Below are positions 29,173-37,811 of a stretch of DNA of 64,000 nucleotides, piece after piece; position 1 is the stretch's first letter, and each line of letters begins with the position of its first letter. Source of the DNA: an uncultured Actinomycetota bacterium (GTDB lineage: Bacteria > Actinomycetota > Actinomycetes > JAFAQI01). A program made the position numbers and the translations under genes. The notes under the pieces are model-generated. The model worked only from the letters and a program-made list of their open reading frames with translations, did no database searches and was not told where the DNA came from. The stretch lies in contig CAVYQE010000002.1 in NCBI GenBank assembly GCA_963770565.1, positions 672,001 to 736,000 of the forward strand, in the 5' to 3' direction.

Positions 29173-30351
29173 TTACGGCGTTGCGCCGGCCGCCGTGGCG
29201 ATCACGCCGACCAGTCCGGCAGCGATAAGTGTGAGCACGAGGTTGCGTCGCAACGGGATCAGCGCGACCGCCGCCGCCGCGAGCACGCCGTATTGCCAGG
29301 GCTGGGTCAGGGCGCGCGCGAGTGGCACCGCCGAGCCGAGGATGGCACCGATCGCGGCGGGTCCGGCGCCTTCGAGGAAGGCGCGGGCACGCTTGTCGTT
29401 ACGAACCCGGCCGAAGCGGTCGGCGCCGAGCAGGACGAAGCCGAACGACGGCGCGAAGGCGACGAGGGCAGCAAGGAGTCCGCCGCCGCCGACGGCTGCG
29501 GCGTACCCGACCACGGCAACGGTCTGCACCACCGGGCCGGGAGTGATCTGGCCGAGCGCGACGGCGTTGAGAAACTGCCCGCCGCTCATCCAGTGGTAGT
29601 GGCTCACCGCGTCGGCCTGCATCAGCGGGATGATCACGAAGCCGCCGCCGTACGACAGCGCACCGACTTTGAACGCCACCCAGCACAGGCTGAGCAAGGC
29701 TCCGCTCCCGACCGCGCCGGCAACAAACGGCAACGGCGCGATCGCGAGGGTGCGCGCCGACGGTGAGACGGCCCGCCGCGCGACGATCTCGATGAGACCG
29801 CACGCAAGAAGCACGACGACCAGCCAGGGACCGACCGTCGCGGCCGCGACGCCGCCGGCGACGAGGTAGCCGATCCAGCGAACCCGGTGACTGCGCCGGG
29901 CCCAGCTGGACGGGATCAAACCGGTGCCCGCCTGTACGGCGACGGCCGCAACCGCTGCCCCGGTTCCGGCGCCGGCCCCGAGAACCCAGCGAGGTGGCGA
30001 GCCGGACAGGAACAGCGCGCCAAGGGCGAGGATCACCACCAGCCCCGGGACGATGAACGCGGCACCGCCGACAAGTGCGCCCACTCGCCCGCGCAGCCGC
30101 CACGCGCAGTAGATCGCGAGCTGGGTCGAGGCCGGTCCCGGCAACAGGTTGCAGGTTGCAATCGCGTCCTCGAAATCCGCGGCGTCGATCCAGCCTCGTC
30201 GGTCGACACAGAGCTGTCTCAGCAGCTTGATGTGAGTGGGCGGCCCGCCGAACCCGATGCACCCGATCCGGCCCCACTCGCGAGCGACCGTGAGCAGTGC
30301 CGGCGCGGCAGCAGTCCCGCCATCGACGAGCTCGCGTTCACTCACCGGCAC
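29173..30351 (-). CDS. chrA: Chromate efflux transporter (long-chain CHR)
   Basis: GFGGPP, LLPGPAS, SYGGG, QITPGP. Confidence 0.9.
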   Translation of the reverse strand: MPVSERELVDGGTAAAPALLTVAREWGRIGCIGFGGPPTHIKLLRQLCVDRRGWIDAADFEDAIATCNLLPGPASTQLAIYCAWRLRGRVGALVGGAAFIVPGLVVILALGALFLSGSPPRWVLGAGAGTGAAVAAVAVQAGTGLIPSSWARRSHRVRWIGYLVAGGVAAATVGPWLVVVLLACGLIEIVARRAVSPSARTLAIAPLPFVAGAVGSGALLSLCWVAFKVGALSYGGGFVIIPLMQADAVSHYHWMSGGQFLNAVALGQITPGPVVQTVAVVGYAAAVGGGGLLAALVAFAPSFGFVLLGADRFGRVRNDKRARAFLEGAGPAAIGAILGSAVPLARALTQPWQYGVLAAAAVALIPLRRNLVLTLIAAGLVGVIATAAGATP

Positions 30352-30362
30352 CGTCGCATTTG

Positions 30363-30451
30363 CGGAGGGCGTGGGATTCGAACCCACGATGACGCTTCCG
30401 CGCCATAGCGGTTTTCAAGACCGCCGCCATCGGCCACTAGGCGAGCCCTCC
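30363..30451 (-). tRNA. tRNA-Ser(TGA)
   Basis: GGAGGGCTCGCCTAGTGGCCGATGGCGGCGGTCT-TGA-AAACCGC...GGTTCGAATCCCACGCCCTCCG. Confidence 0.95.
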
Positions 30452-30490
30452 GAGTCGTGAGGCTACGGGATCGAGCTCAGGTCCACCCGG

Positions 30491-30551
30491 GTTGATCATG
30501 GCGATCCGAGCCGATTTTGGATCGGAGACCGCGCTCTTCGCCATGATCAAC
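30491..30551. repeat. REP-like palindromic element family B, copy 2
   Basis: GTTGATCATGGCGATCCGAGC...TCGCCATGATCAAC; overlaps corA stop. Confidence 0.8.
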
Positions 30552-31554
30552 GTGTCCCGATGTCTCCCTCTGGTGGCTGCCGACGAAACCACGCGAGCAA
30601 AATCACGCACGGAACGACGAGACCACCGAATCCGAGAACGGCGAACTCCCGCACGCTGTCCATGTGGCCGACCAGCCACCCGAAGTTCTGCCCGAAGAAG
30701 CCGGTGACGAACGTCAGTGGCAGGAACACGGTGGCGATCTTCGTGAGCTGCTCCATGGACGCGTTCTGCCGGACGCTGACCCGGGTCTGCTCGACCGAGA
30801 CCACGGCGATGTTCGCTTCGAGGATCGTGGTCAGCAGGTCGCGCTGCGCAGCGACCTCCTCGTTGATCAGCAGCAGGTGGTCATGGACGTCGCGGAAGTA
30901 CGGCACCAGCTCGGTCTCGCGAACGGCGCGCTCATTGATCGAAAGCACGGCGAGCAGCGGGTGCACTGCCCGGTAGAAGTCGGTCACCTCGCGGCGCAGG
31001 AAGTAGATCCGCTCGGTGGGAGCGACGGTGCCTGAGAAGACGGTGGCCTCGACCTGCTCGATGTCGCGTTCCAGCTCGGCAACGACGGGCGCGTAGCCGT
31101 CGACGATCTGATCGAGGATGGCCCACAGCGCGGAGTAGGGCCCGACCTCGAGCAGTTCGGGGCGTTGTTCGAGTCGTTGCCGTGCATCTCGCAACTCGGA
31201 CGCGACTCCCTGGCGGACGGTGATCACGAAGCTGGGGCCGATGAACACGCTGATCTCGCCGAAGTCGACTTCCTCGCGCTCATCGTCGTAACGTGCCGTG
31301 CGCAGGATTACCAGATGCACACCGCCGTCGTACGGCTCAACCTTCGGCCGTAGATGCAGCGACTGCGCGTCCTCGACCGCGAGTTCGTGCAGGCCGAAGC
31401 TCTCGCTCACCAACGCAAGCTCGTCGGCGGAGGGCTCGAACAGGCCTAGCCAGACGAACCCTCCGTCGCGACACCGCTGGGCCGCCTCTTCGAGGGACAT
31501 CGGCGGGCTCTCTTGGCGACGCCCGTCACGGTAGTGAGCACAGTCGATGATCAT
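30547..31554 (-). CDS. corA: Magnesium/cobalt transporter CorA family
   Basis: WLGLFEP, LHELAVED..RPK, YFRDVHDH, FFGQNF. Confidence 0.9.
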   Translation of the reverse strand: MIIDCAHYRDGRRQESPPMSLEEAAQRCRDGGFVWLGLFEPSADELALVSESFGLHELAVEDAQSLHLRPKVEPYDGGVHLVILRTARYDDEREEVDFGEISVFIGPSFVITVRQGVASELRDARQRLEQRPELLEVGPYSALWAILDQIVDGYAPVVAELERDIEQVEATVFSGTVAPTERIYFLRREVTDFYRAVHPLLAVLSINERAVRETELVPYFRDVHDHLLLINEEVAAQRDLLTTILEANIAVVSVEQTRVSVRQNASMEQLTKIATVFLPLTFVTGFFGQNFGWLVGHMDSVREFAVLGFGGLVVPCVILLAWFRRQPPEGDIGTR

Positions 31555-31784
31555 GGCAAACCGCCCCGGTGTAGCAGCGTGGATCCGTCCCGCTGATCGT
31601 CCCCCATGAGCGGCCCGGCTCCTAGCTCGGGAATCGGTCGCCCGTCAGGGTCGAGTCAGGGCGCCGGCGTAGCCCTGGACGGGCACCGAGAACAAGTTCA
31701 CTCGGTTTCTGACTACCCATCAGAAAGATTGGGCAGTACGTTCCCATGAGAACAGGTTCTCGTTTTCGAGACGACGGAGGATCT

Positions 31785-32261
31785 ATGCGGATCAGCAAGT
31801 TCATGGCGGTCGGCGCCGCCGGATGCGCCATCACGGCCGCGCTCACGATTCCTGCTGCCGCCGGCCCCGCCCATCACGCCGCCAAGCCGGCCGCGGCCAC
31901 GCCGGCCAGGACGAAGCAGTTCCCCTCCACGCTGACCCCCCACACGGTCAAGCCGGGCACACACATGGTGCTCAAGGGCCACGGCGCGAAGAAGAGCACG
32001 TCCTACAGCTGCGTCTTCGTCGTGATCAAGGGCTCCGACTACGCGATCGGTCCGATCAAGAACATCAAGTCGACGAAGTCCGGCAAGGTCACCTGCAAGC
32101 TGACGTTCCAGCCCTACAAGGCGTCTGACTTCGCCAACGGCAAGACCCACCACTGCCCGTTGACCGCGAAGGACAAGAAGGCGCACTGGAGGTGCGGGGT
32201 CGCGGTCTCGACGATCGACAAGTCATCCGCGACGATCCAGTACTTCACGGCCAAGAAGTAA
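31785..32261 (+). CDS. Secreted Lys-rich protein with four Cys
   Basis: RBS GGAGG, signal peptide, strong codon bias. Confidence 0.75.
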   Translation: MRISKFMAVGAAGCAITAALTIPAAAGPAHHAAKPAAATPARTKQFPSTLTPHTVKPGTHMVLKGHGAKKSTSYSCVFVVIKGSDYAIGPIKNIKSTKSGKVTCKLTFQPYKASDFANGKTHHCPLTAKDKKAHWRCGVAVSTIDKSSATIQYFTAKK

Positions 32262-32269
32262 GGACCGGC

Positions 32270-32304
32270 GATCCCGCCTCGATCACCCCGATCGAGGCGG
32301 GATC
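32270..32304. terminator. Bidirectional hairpin between convergent genes
   Basis: GATCCCGCCTCGATC-ACCCC-GATCGAGGCGGGATC. Confidence 0.65.
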
Positions 32305-32825
32305 CAATCTTCGGCCAGCAAACCCATGACGAGCTCGTCCACGAACGCGCCACTGACCCAGGCCGAGGCCCTCAGCGTGCCTTCCGGCACGAAACCTGAG
32401 TTGCGCGCGGCTGCGATCATCGCCGCATTGTCGGCAAGTGTGTCGACCTGCAACCGGTGCAGCCCGCGAACCACGAACCCGTAGTGGCACATCACCGCGA
32501 CGACGTCGGCGCCGTATCCCTTACCGCGGCAGGCCGACAGCAATGACACCCCGACGTGCGCACAGCGATTGAAGGTGTCGATCCCCCAGAGCAACGCGTC
32601 ACCGGCGATCTCGTCGTCGGCCAGCGTCACGACCGTGAAGGTCGCGGTGTCGCCCGGCCGGGACTCCACGGCGTACGGCGACGCACCTGAGTCCACCGAG
32701 ATCGGCCGCCAGGGCCGCGAGTCGGCGCGAGACCTGGTCACCACGTCGTCATAGAGGGCGGCATGCAGGATCGGGACGTCGGACGTTTGGCGGGCCCGCA
32801 GCCCGACCAGCTCTCCGTGCAACAT
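32283..32825 (-). CDS. GNAT acetyltransferase (RimJ/RimL type)
   Basis: RGKGYG, GLHRL, DNAAM, GFVPEGTLR; start MLHGELVG. Confidence 0.85.
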   Translation of the reverse strand: MLHGELVGLRARQTSDVPILHAALYDDVVTRSRADSRPWRPISVDSGASPYAVESRPGDTATFTVVTLADDEIAGDALLWGIDTFNRCAHVGVSLLSACRGKGYGADVVAVMCHYGFVVRGLHRLQVDTLADNAAMIAAARNSGFVPEGTLRASAWVSGAFVDELVMGLLAEDWIPPRSG

Positions 32826-32864
32826 CGCTGTCGCTCCTGCCCTCGGGTGTGATGAGAATGCGGC

Positions 32865-34895
32865 GTGCATCTTCCCACTCGAAGGATCCTCGCCGCCCTC
32901 GCGCTCGCCACCGCGGCCACCGTCGCCGCGGCGCCGGCCGGTGCCGCCCATCCCAGTACGGCGGCAAAACCCGCGCCCACGACGCTCACGGTCGGCTCGC
33001 TGTCGGTGCATCGGTGCAAGCTCGCGCTCGGTGTCCGCCTGACCTACTGCGGGTCGCTGAAGGTGCCACTCGACTACAACTCGGCCAAGGACGGCCTGAT
33101 CACGGTCGGCTTCGGCTGGATCCCGGCCGCGAATCCCGGCACCGGCGAGATGCCGCGCACGATCGTCGCCGAGGAAGGCGGCCCGGGCTACCCGTCGACC
33201 GGCACCGCGCCTGACTACGTCGCGATGATCGGCAACAAGCTGCTCGACCACAACAACCTGCTGCTCGTCGATGAGCGCGGCACCGGCCGCTCCACCCCGA
33301 TCGACTGCAAGGCGATGGAGCACCTTTACATCGTCACGACCACGCCCGCGTTCCTGCACACCGTTCACCAGTGCGGCGAGTCGCTCAACCACCGGTTCCC
33401 GCGCGCCGGCGGTGGGTTCGTCCACGCATCCGACCTGTTCACGACCGCGAACGGCGCGCGCGACTTGGTCGAGGTGCTGAAGGCGCTCAAGACCGGTCCG
33501 GTCGACCTGTACGGCGACTCCTACGGGACCTACTTCGCCCAGTCGTTCCTGTCCCGCTTCCCGACCATGTTGCGGTCGGTCACCCTCGACTCGGCGTACG
33601 AAGCGCGCGACCTGAGTCCCTGGTATCACTCGACCCTGACGACCGCGCGGCGCGCGTTCGACATTGCGTGCAACCGCAGCGCGGCCTGCCACAGCGCCGC
33701 ACCGGGCAAGTCATGGAAGCGGATCGCGAAGCTGGCAAGGCTCCTGCGCGCCCACCCCTTCAGCGGCACGGCACCCGGGGTGGACGCAACCGACGTACCG
33801 GTCACGATGACCATCACGTCGCTGGTCAACATCGTCAACGACGCCGGGTATGACTTCGACCCCTACCGCCAGCTCGACGCAGCGGTCCGTGCCTACCTCG
33901 ACCACCGCGACGGCACGCCGCTGCTGCGGCTCTACGCGCAGGACATCGGGTACGACTACAGCGACTACAACGCGACCGCGACCTACTACTCCGACGGCCA
34001 GTACTTCGCGGTCGGCTGCTCGGACTATCCGCAGCTGTTCGACATGCGCGCGACGCCCACCACGCGCAAGGCGCAGTTTGCAAAGGCTGAGAGCCACTAT
34101 CCGGCGCATGCCTTCGCGCCGTTCACGGTGAAGGAGTGGGTCGCGGTCAACCCGTTCACCGAGACCTACCACGCCTGCACGGCCTGGCCGAAGACGATCC
34201 ATCGCGCCGACCCGCCGGTGCCGGCCCACGTCTCGATGGACGCGACCCACGTGCCGGTGCTCATCCTCAACGGAGCGCTCGACTCGCTGACGCCGGCTGC
34301 CGGCGGCGCCCACATCCACCGCCAGATCGGCTCGGCGTCACGATCGATCGTGACCGCCAACACCGTTCACCTGGTCGCGCTCGATGATCGCTACGGCTGC
34401 GGCGCAAGCCTGTATCGCCGGTTCATCACCGCGCCGAGCACCCTGCACTCACTCAACGCCGCCTGTGCCAAACAGGTGCCGGCAGTTCAAACGGTCGGCA
34501 ACTTCCCGCTCACCGTCGCGGCAGCTGCGCCGGCCCACGGCCCGGGTGCTCGACTGATGCGGCAACGCGCCGCGGTTGCGCTCGAGGCGGCCGGCGACGC
34601 GGCGATTCGGTGGAACTACGTCGACGGAAACCGCGACGTGGGGCTTCGGGGCGGGAAGATCCGCTACCACGCCGCGCCCGGTACGTCGTACACGGCGGTG
34701 CTGGATCAGGTTCGCTGGACGGAGGACTCGACCGTGTCGGGTCACGTGACGTTCTCACCCAACGCGCTGTCTGCGAAGGGGACGGTCATCATCACCGGAC
34801 CCAGCGGTGAACCGCTGCGCTGCCGTCTGCAATGGCACGGCTCCACCGCAACCCTCATCGTCGGTGGCCGCATCCTGCACGCACCATCGCCCTAG
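32865..34895 (+). CDS. Secreted TAP-like alpha/beta hydrolase (peptidase S33)
   Basis: Signal peptide, VPLDY, GGPG, DERGTG, YGDSYG. Confidence 0.85.
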   Translation: MHLPTRRILAALALATAATVAAAPAGAAHPSTAAKPAPTTLTVGSLSVHRCKLALGVRLTYCGSLKVPLDYNSAKDGLITVGFGWIPAANPGTGEMPRTIVAEEGGPGYPSTGTAPDYVAMIGNKLLDHNNLLLVDERGTGRSTPIDCKAMEHLYIVTTTPAFLHTVHQCGESLNHRFPRAGGGFVHASDLFTTANGARDLVEVLKALKTGPVDLYGDSYGTYFAQSFLSRFPTMLRSVTLDSAYEARDLSPWYHSTLTTARRAFDIACNRSAACHSAAPGKSWKRIAKLARLLRAHPFSGTAPGVDATDVPVTMTITSLVNIVNDAGYDFDPYRQLDAAVRAYLDHRDGTPLLRLYAQDIGYDYSDYNATATYYSDGQYFAVGCSDYPQLFDMRATPTTRKAQFAKAESHYPAHAFAPFTVKEWVAVNPFTETYHACTAWPKTIHRADPPVPAHVSMDATHVPVLILNGALDSLTPAAGGAHIHRQIGSASRSIVTANTVHLVALDDRYGCGASLYRRFITAPSTLHSLNAACAKQVPAVQTVGNFPLTVAAAAPAHGPGARLMRQRAAVALEAAGDAAIRWNYVDGNRDVGLRGGKIRYHAAPGTSYTAVLDQVRWTEDSTVSGHVTFSPNALSAKGTVIITGPSGEPLRCRLQWHGSTATLIVGGRILHAPSP

Positions 34896-34984
34896 GAGAC
34901 TGCTGAACAACGCCGTCCGTCGCGAGCGACGATCCGATCCGGGCGGCGCGCAGCAGGACAGCGCGTTGTTCGGCAGCCTCCTAG
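34892..34984. mobile_element. MITE with CTAG flanks, IS1182/IS5-like ends
   Basis: CTAGGAGACTGCTGAACAACGC...GCGTTGTTCGGCAGCCTCCTAG (20/22 IR). Confidence 0.65.
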
Positions 34985-35032
34985 CGCTCAGCCTGCTACG
35001 ACGCCGCAACGTGGCCGAATCGTGACCGCAAC

Positions 35033-36079
35033 GTGCTGTCGCAAGCCTGCGTCGACGTTAGTTTCAGGCAACCGGATTCGTCGGAGGGTGTCGCGATCAG
35101 CCGCAGGCATCTCGTAGTCGTCGCTGGTATGGCGGCGGCCGTACTCTCGGCATGTGGTGGCTCCGGTTCCGCTGCTGTCTCACCGCAGCCCAGCGCCGCA
35201 ACCCCGAGTGCCAGCAGCACGTCGAGCCCGGCTTCGGCCAGCCGGTACATCGAGGCGACCGTTCACATCGGCGCTCAGCCGTGCGCGGTGGAAGGTGGCT
35301 ACGGCTCGATCTGGGTGAGCGTCTACGGCGCGAACAGAGAACTGCGGATCGACCCCGCCACTCACAAGCTGCTAGCAAGTTTTCATACCGGCAAGGCGCC
35401 GTGCGGCATCGCAGTGGGTGCCGGCTCGGTCTGGGTGGAGAACTACCTAGGAAACTCGGTGACCCGGATCGACCCGCGCACGAACAAGGTGTCAGCGACG
35501 ATCCGAACCGGGATTGCGCCATACGACGTGACCTATCTGGCCGGCGCCGCGTGGGTGACGAACTACTCCGATGACACGGTCACCCGCATCGATGCAGCCA
35601 GCAACCGGACCACCACCATCAGGGTCGGATCACAACCGACCGGAATCGCTCCAGCCGGCGGCGCAGTGTGGGTGACCAACAAGACGGACGGCACAATCTC
35701 GCGCATCACGCCGAGCACCTTGACGGTGCGAACGACGAAACTCGGTGAATCACCGAGTTGGACCGCCTGGGGCGGAGGTCGGCTGTGGGTGTCAGACGCC
35801 GGTTCGATCGATCAGGTCGACCTCGCCACCGGCAGGTTGTCCCACCAGACCGCGCTCGGCGGTCAGGCCAATGACGGAGACATTTCGGACGGCCACGTGT
35901 GGGTGAGCGACTCGTCCGGAACCTTGCATGAGGTGGACGCAGCCACTGGCAAGGTGCAGGGGTCGTGGCCACTCGGCCTGAACAACCCGTTCGTCCTCGC
36001 GGCTTACGCCGGCCGCTTATGGGTGGTCGACTTCAAGGGCACCGACCTCGAAGAGATCGACCCGGCCGGATTGACCTGA
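35033..36079 (+). CDS. YncE/YVTN-type beta-propeller lipoprotein
   Basis: LSACG lipobox; repeated G.VWV.N....V.RID; true start probably downstream. Confidence 0.8.
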   Translation: MLSQACVDVSFRQPDSSEGVAISRRHLVVVAGMAAAVLSACGGSGSAAVSPQPSAATPSASSTSSPASASRYIEATVHIGAQPCAVEGGYGSIWVSVYGANRELRIDPATHKLLASFHTGKAPCGIAVGAGSVWVENYLGNSVTRIDPRTNKVSATIRTGIAPYDVTYLAGAAWVTNYSDDTVTRIDAASNRTTTIRVGSQPTGIAPAGGAVWVTNKTDGTISRITPSTLTVRTTKLGESPSWTAWGGGRLWVSDAGSIDQVDLATGRLSHQTALGGQANDGDISDGHVWVSDSSGTLHEVDAATGKVQGSWPLGLNNPFVLAAYAGRLWVVDFKGTDLEEIDPAGLT

Positions 36080-36177
36080 CCAGGACAACCACCACGGTCG
36101 GTGGCAACACCCTGCATGCGCCCGCGCCCTAATCGGGCAGCGAGGGCGATGCAGGGCGGGCCAGCAACGCAGAGTTG

Positions 36178-36303
36178 TTATCGGCTGCTACGGCGCGTAC
36201 GCCGGTAGCAACGGACGACCGCGTTGTCGCGGTCGCGCTTGGCCTGCTCGCGCAACTCATGCGTGCGTGCGGCAGCTGCCGCTGCCATCACACTTGCGTG
36301 CAT
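36178..36303 (-). CDS. Small 41-aa protein
   Basis: AAGGAGGTG RBS then MHASVMAAAAAARTHELREQAKRDRDNAVVRCYRRTRRSSR. Confidence 0.6.
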   Translation of the reverse strand: MHASVMAAAAAARTHELREQAKRDRDNAVVRCYRRTRRSSR

Positions 36304-36346
36304 CGTCTGTCACCTCCTTCACGTTTCTCGTCGGGCATCTCTAGTC

Positions 36347-37120
36347 CTACCGAACACCTACGACAGCCGCGTCGGTGTAGCCGCGCCACACCAGTCCGGC
36401 CTCGACGAACCCGGCTTCTCGCAGTGCCGCGACATGCCACGCCGAGGACATCGTCGACTCGGTGTGTCCCGAACCGCCGCGGTCGGCGAATCGGGCGTCA
36501 CGTGCGGCCACGGCATCGGCCAACGCCGGCTCGGTGCGCAACCGTACCCACCAGCCGTCCCAGTCGGTCGCCCCCGGCACCAATTGGGCCTGCTCCTGCC
36601 GCTTCTCAGTCAACGCTGAAAGGGCTCCGGATAATCCGGTCAGACCCTCGTCCGGCATATGGTCGGCGTTGGCGAAGATCCCGCCCTGGCGAAGCACCGA
36701 GGCGGCCTCGGCATACACCCCGGCCACCCGCTCCGGCGTCAGCCAGTGGAGCGCGGTCGCGGTAAGCACCGCGTCGAACTCCGCGTCGTCGCCGAGCGCC
36801 TGCCGCCAGTCCCGGGAGGCGAGATCAGCGGTCAGGACCTGCGCCCGCTCGTCGCCCTCAAAGGTGCCCGCGGCGATCGCCAACAGGGCAGCATCGACGT
36901 CGAGGACGACCGAAGTCGCCTTCGGGAACCGGTCCAGCGCCCGGATCGTGATCGAACCGGTGCCGCCGGCCAGGTCGAGGATCCGCGGCTCATTGCCCAC
37001 GGTCGCCTCGACCGCGTCGAGGATGGCGGCGAACCGCTCCTCGCGGTCGGGAAGATAGGTCATCTGCTGGCTGTCCCACTCCTGCTGGAGGGCGTTCCAG
37101 TCCACGTTTGACCTCCTCAT
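36347..37120 (-). CDS. Class I SAM methyltransferase
   Basis: WDSQQ..YLPDREERF, LDLAGGTGS, TALHW. Confidence 0.85.
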   Translation of the reverse strand: MRRSNVDWNALQQEWDSQQMTYLPDREERFAAILDAVEATVGNEPRILDLAGGTGSITIRALDRFPKATSVVLDVDAALLAIAAGTFEGDERAQVLTADLASRDWRQALGDDAEFDAVLTATALHWLTPERVAGVYAEAASVLRQGGIFANADHMPDEGLTGLSGALSALTEKRQEQAQLVPGATDWDGWWVRLRTEPALADAVAARDARFADRGGSGHTESTMSSAWHVAALREAGFVEAGLVWRGYTDAAVVGVR

Positions 37121-37204
37121 ACAGTCATCTTCGGCACGAAGTCCGGTAATAGTTAGCGTTCCTTGTTAGCACTTACTCTACCTGAGTGTGAGTAATATGT
37201 ACAC

Positions 37205-37726
37205 ATGGACTTTGGTCATTACGCCGAACGAGCGGCCGACCTGGCGAATGCCGACCTCAGCACGGTCGAGACCCTGCAGTCCTACCTGGACGACCGGGAC
37301 TGGCTCAGCCAGCGCGTGACCGACGCCGATCTGCGTCCGCTGCGCCGGTTCACCAGCGAGCTCAGCGTCGTGATCGACGACTCGGCCGCGGGCGACGAGG
37401 TCGCCGTGGTCGACCATCTGAACGCCCTGCTCGAGCAGCACCCAGTGCGGCCCCGGATCTCCGGGCACGACTCCGAGGACTGGCACCTACACGTGAACGA
37501 CCGCAACGACGCGGTCGCGGCGATCCTGATCGGCGAGGCGCTGCTCGGGATGACCCTGGCGGTCACCGAGGTGGGCGCCGACCGGTTCGGCCGTTGCGCC
37601 GATCCGACCTGCCGTGGCGCGTTCTTCGACGGCACGGCCAACCACTCCAAGCGCTTCTGCTCCTCGCGCTGCGCCACCCGCACCAACGTCGCGGCCTACC
37701 GGTCGCGGCGGGCCCCGTCGGCTTGA
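37205..37726 (+). CDS. CGNR zinc-finger / ABATE regulator
   Basis: CADPTC..FFD....KRFCSSRCATRTNVAAYR. Confidence 0.88.
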   Translation: MDFGHYAERAADLANADLSTVETLQSYLDDRDWLSQRVTDADLRPLRRFTSELSVVIDDSAAGDEVAVVDHLNALLEQHPVRPRISGHDSEDWHLHVNDRNDAVAAILIGEALLGMTLAVTEVGADRFGRCADPTCRGAFFDGTANHSKRFCSSRCATRTNVAAYRSRRAPSA

Positions 37727-37811
37727 CCGGACCGGCCGGCAGCTCGCCGGGCAAGTCGGGAATGTACGGCGTCCGAACCGTGTCGTTGCAAGGTGAAACG
37801 ATAGGGAGGAC

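Noticed and set aside
30363-30451. Possible tRNA-Sec
   Set aside because: Anticodon is TGA (Ser), not TCA; normal 7-bp acceptor stem.
31690-31780. Small hairpins upstream of the Lys-rich secreted gene as a riboswitch
   Set aside because: No recognisable riboswitch consensus; TTTCTGA-N7-TCAGAAA may be an operator but occurs once.
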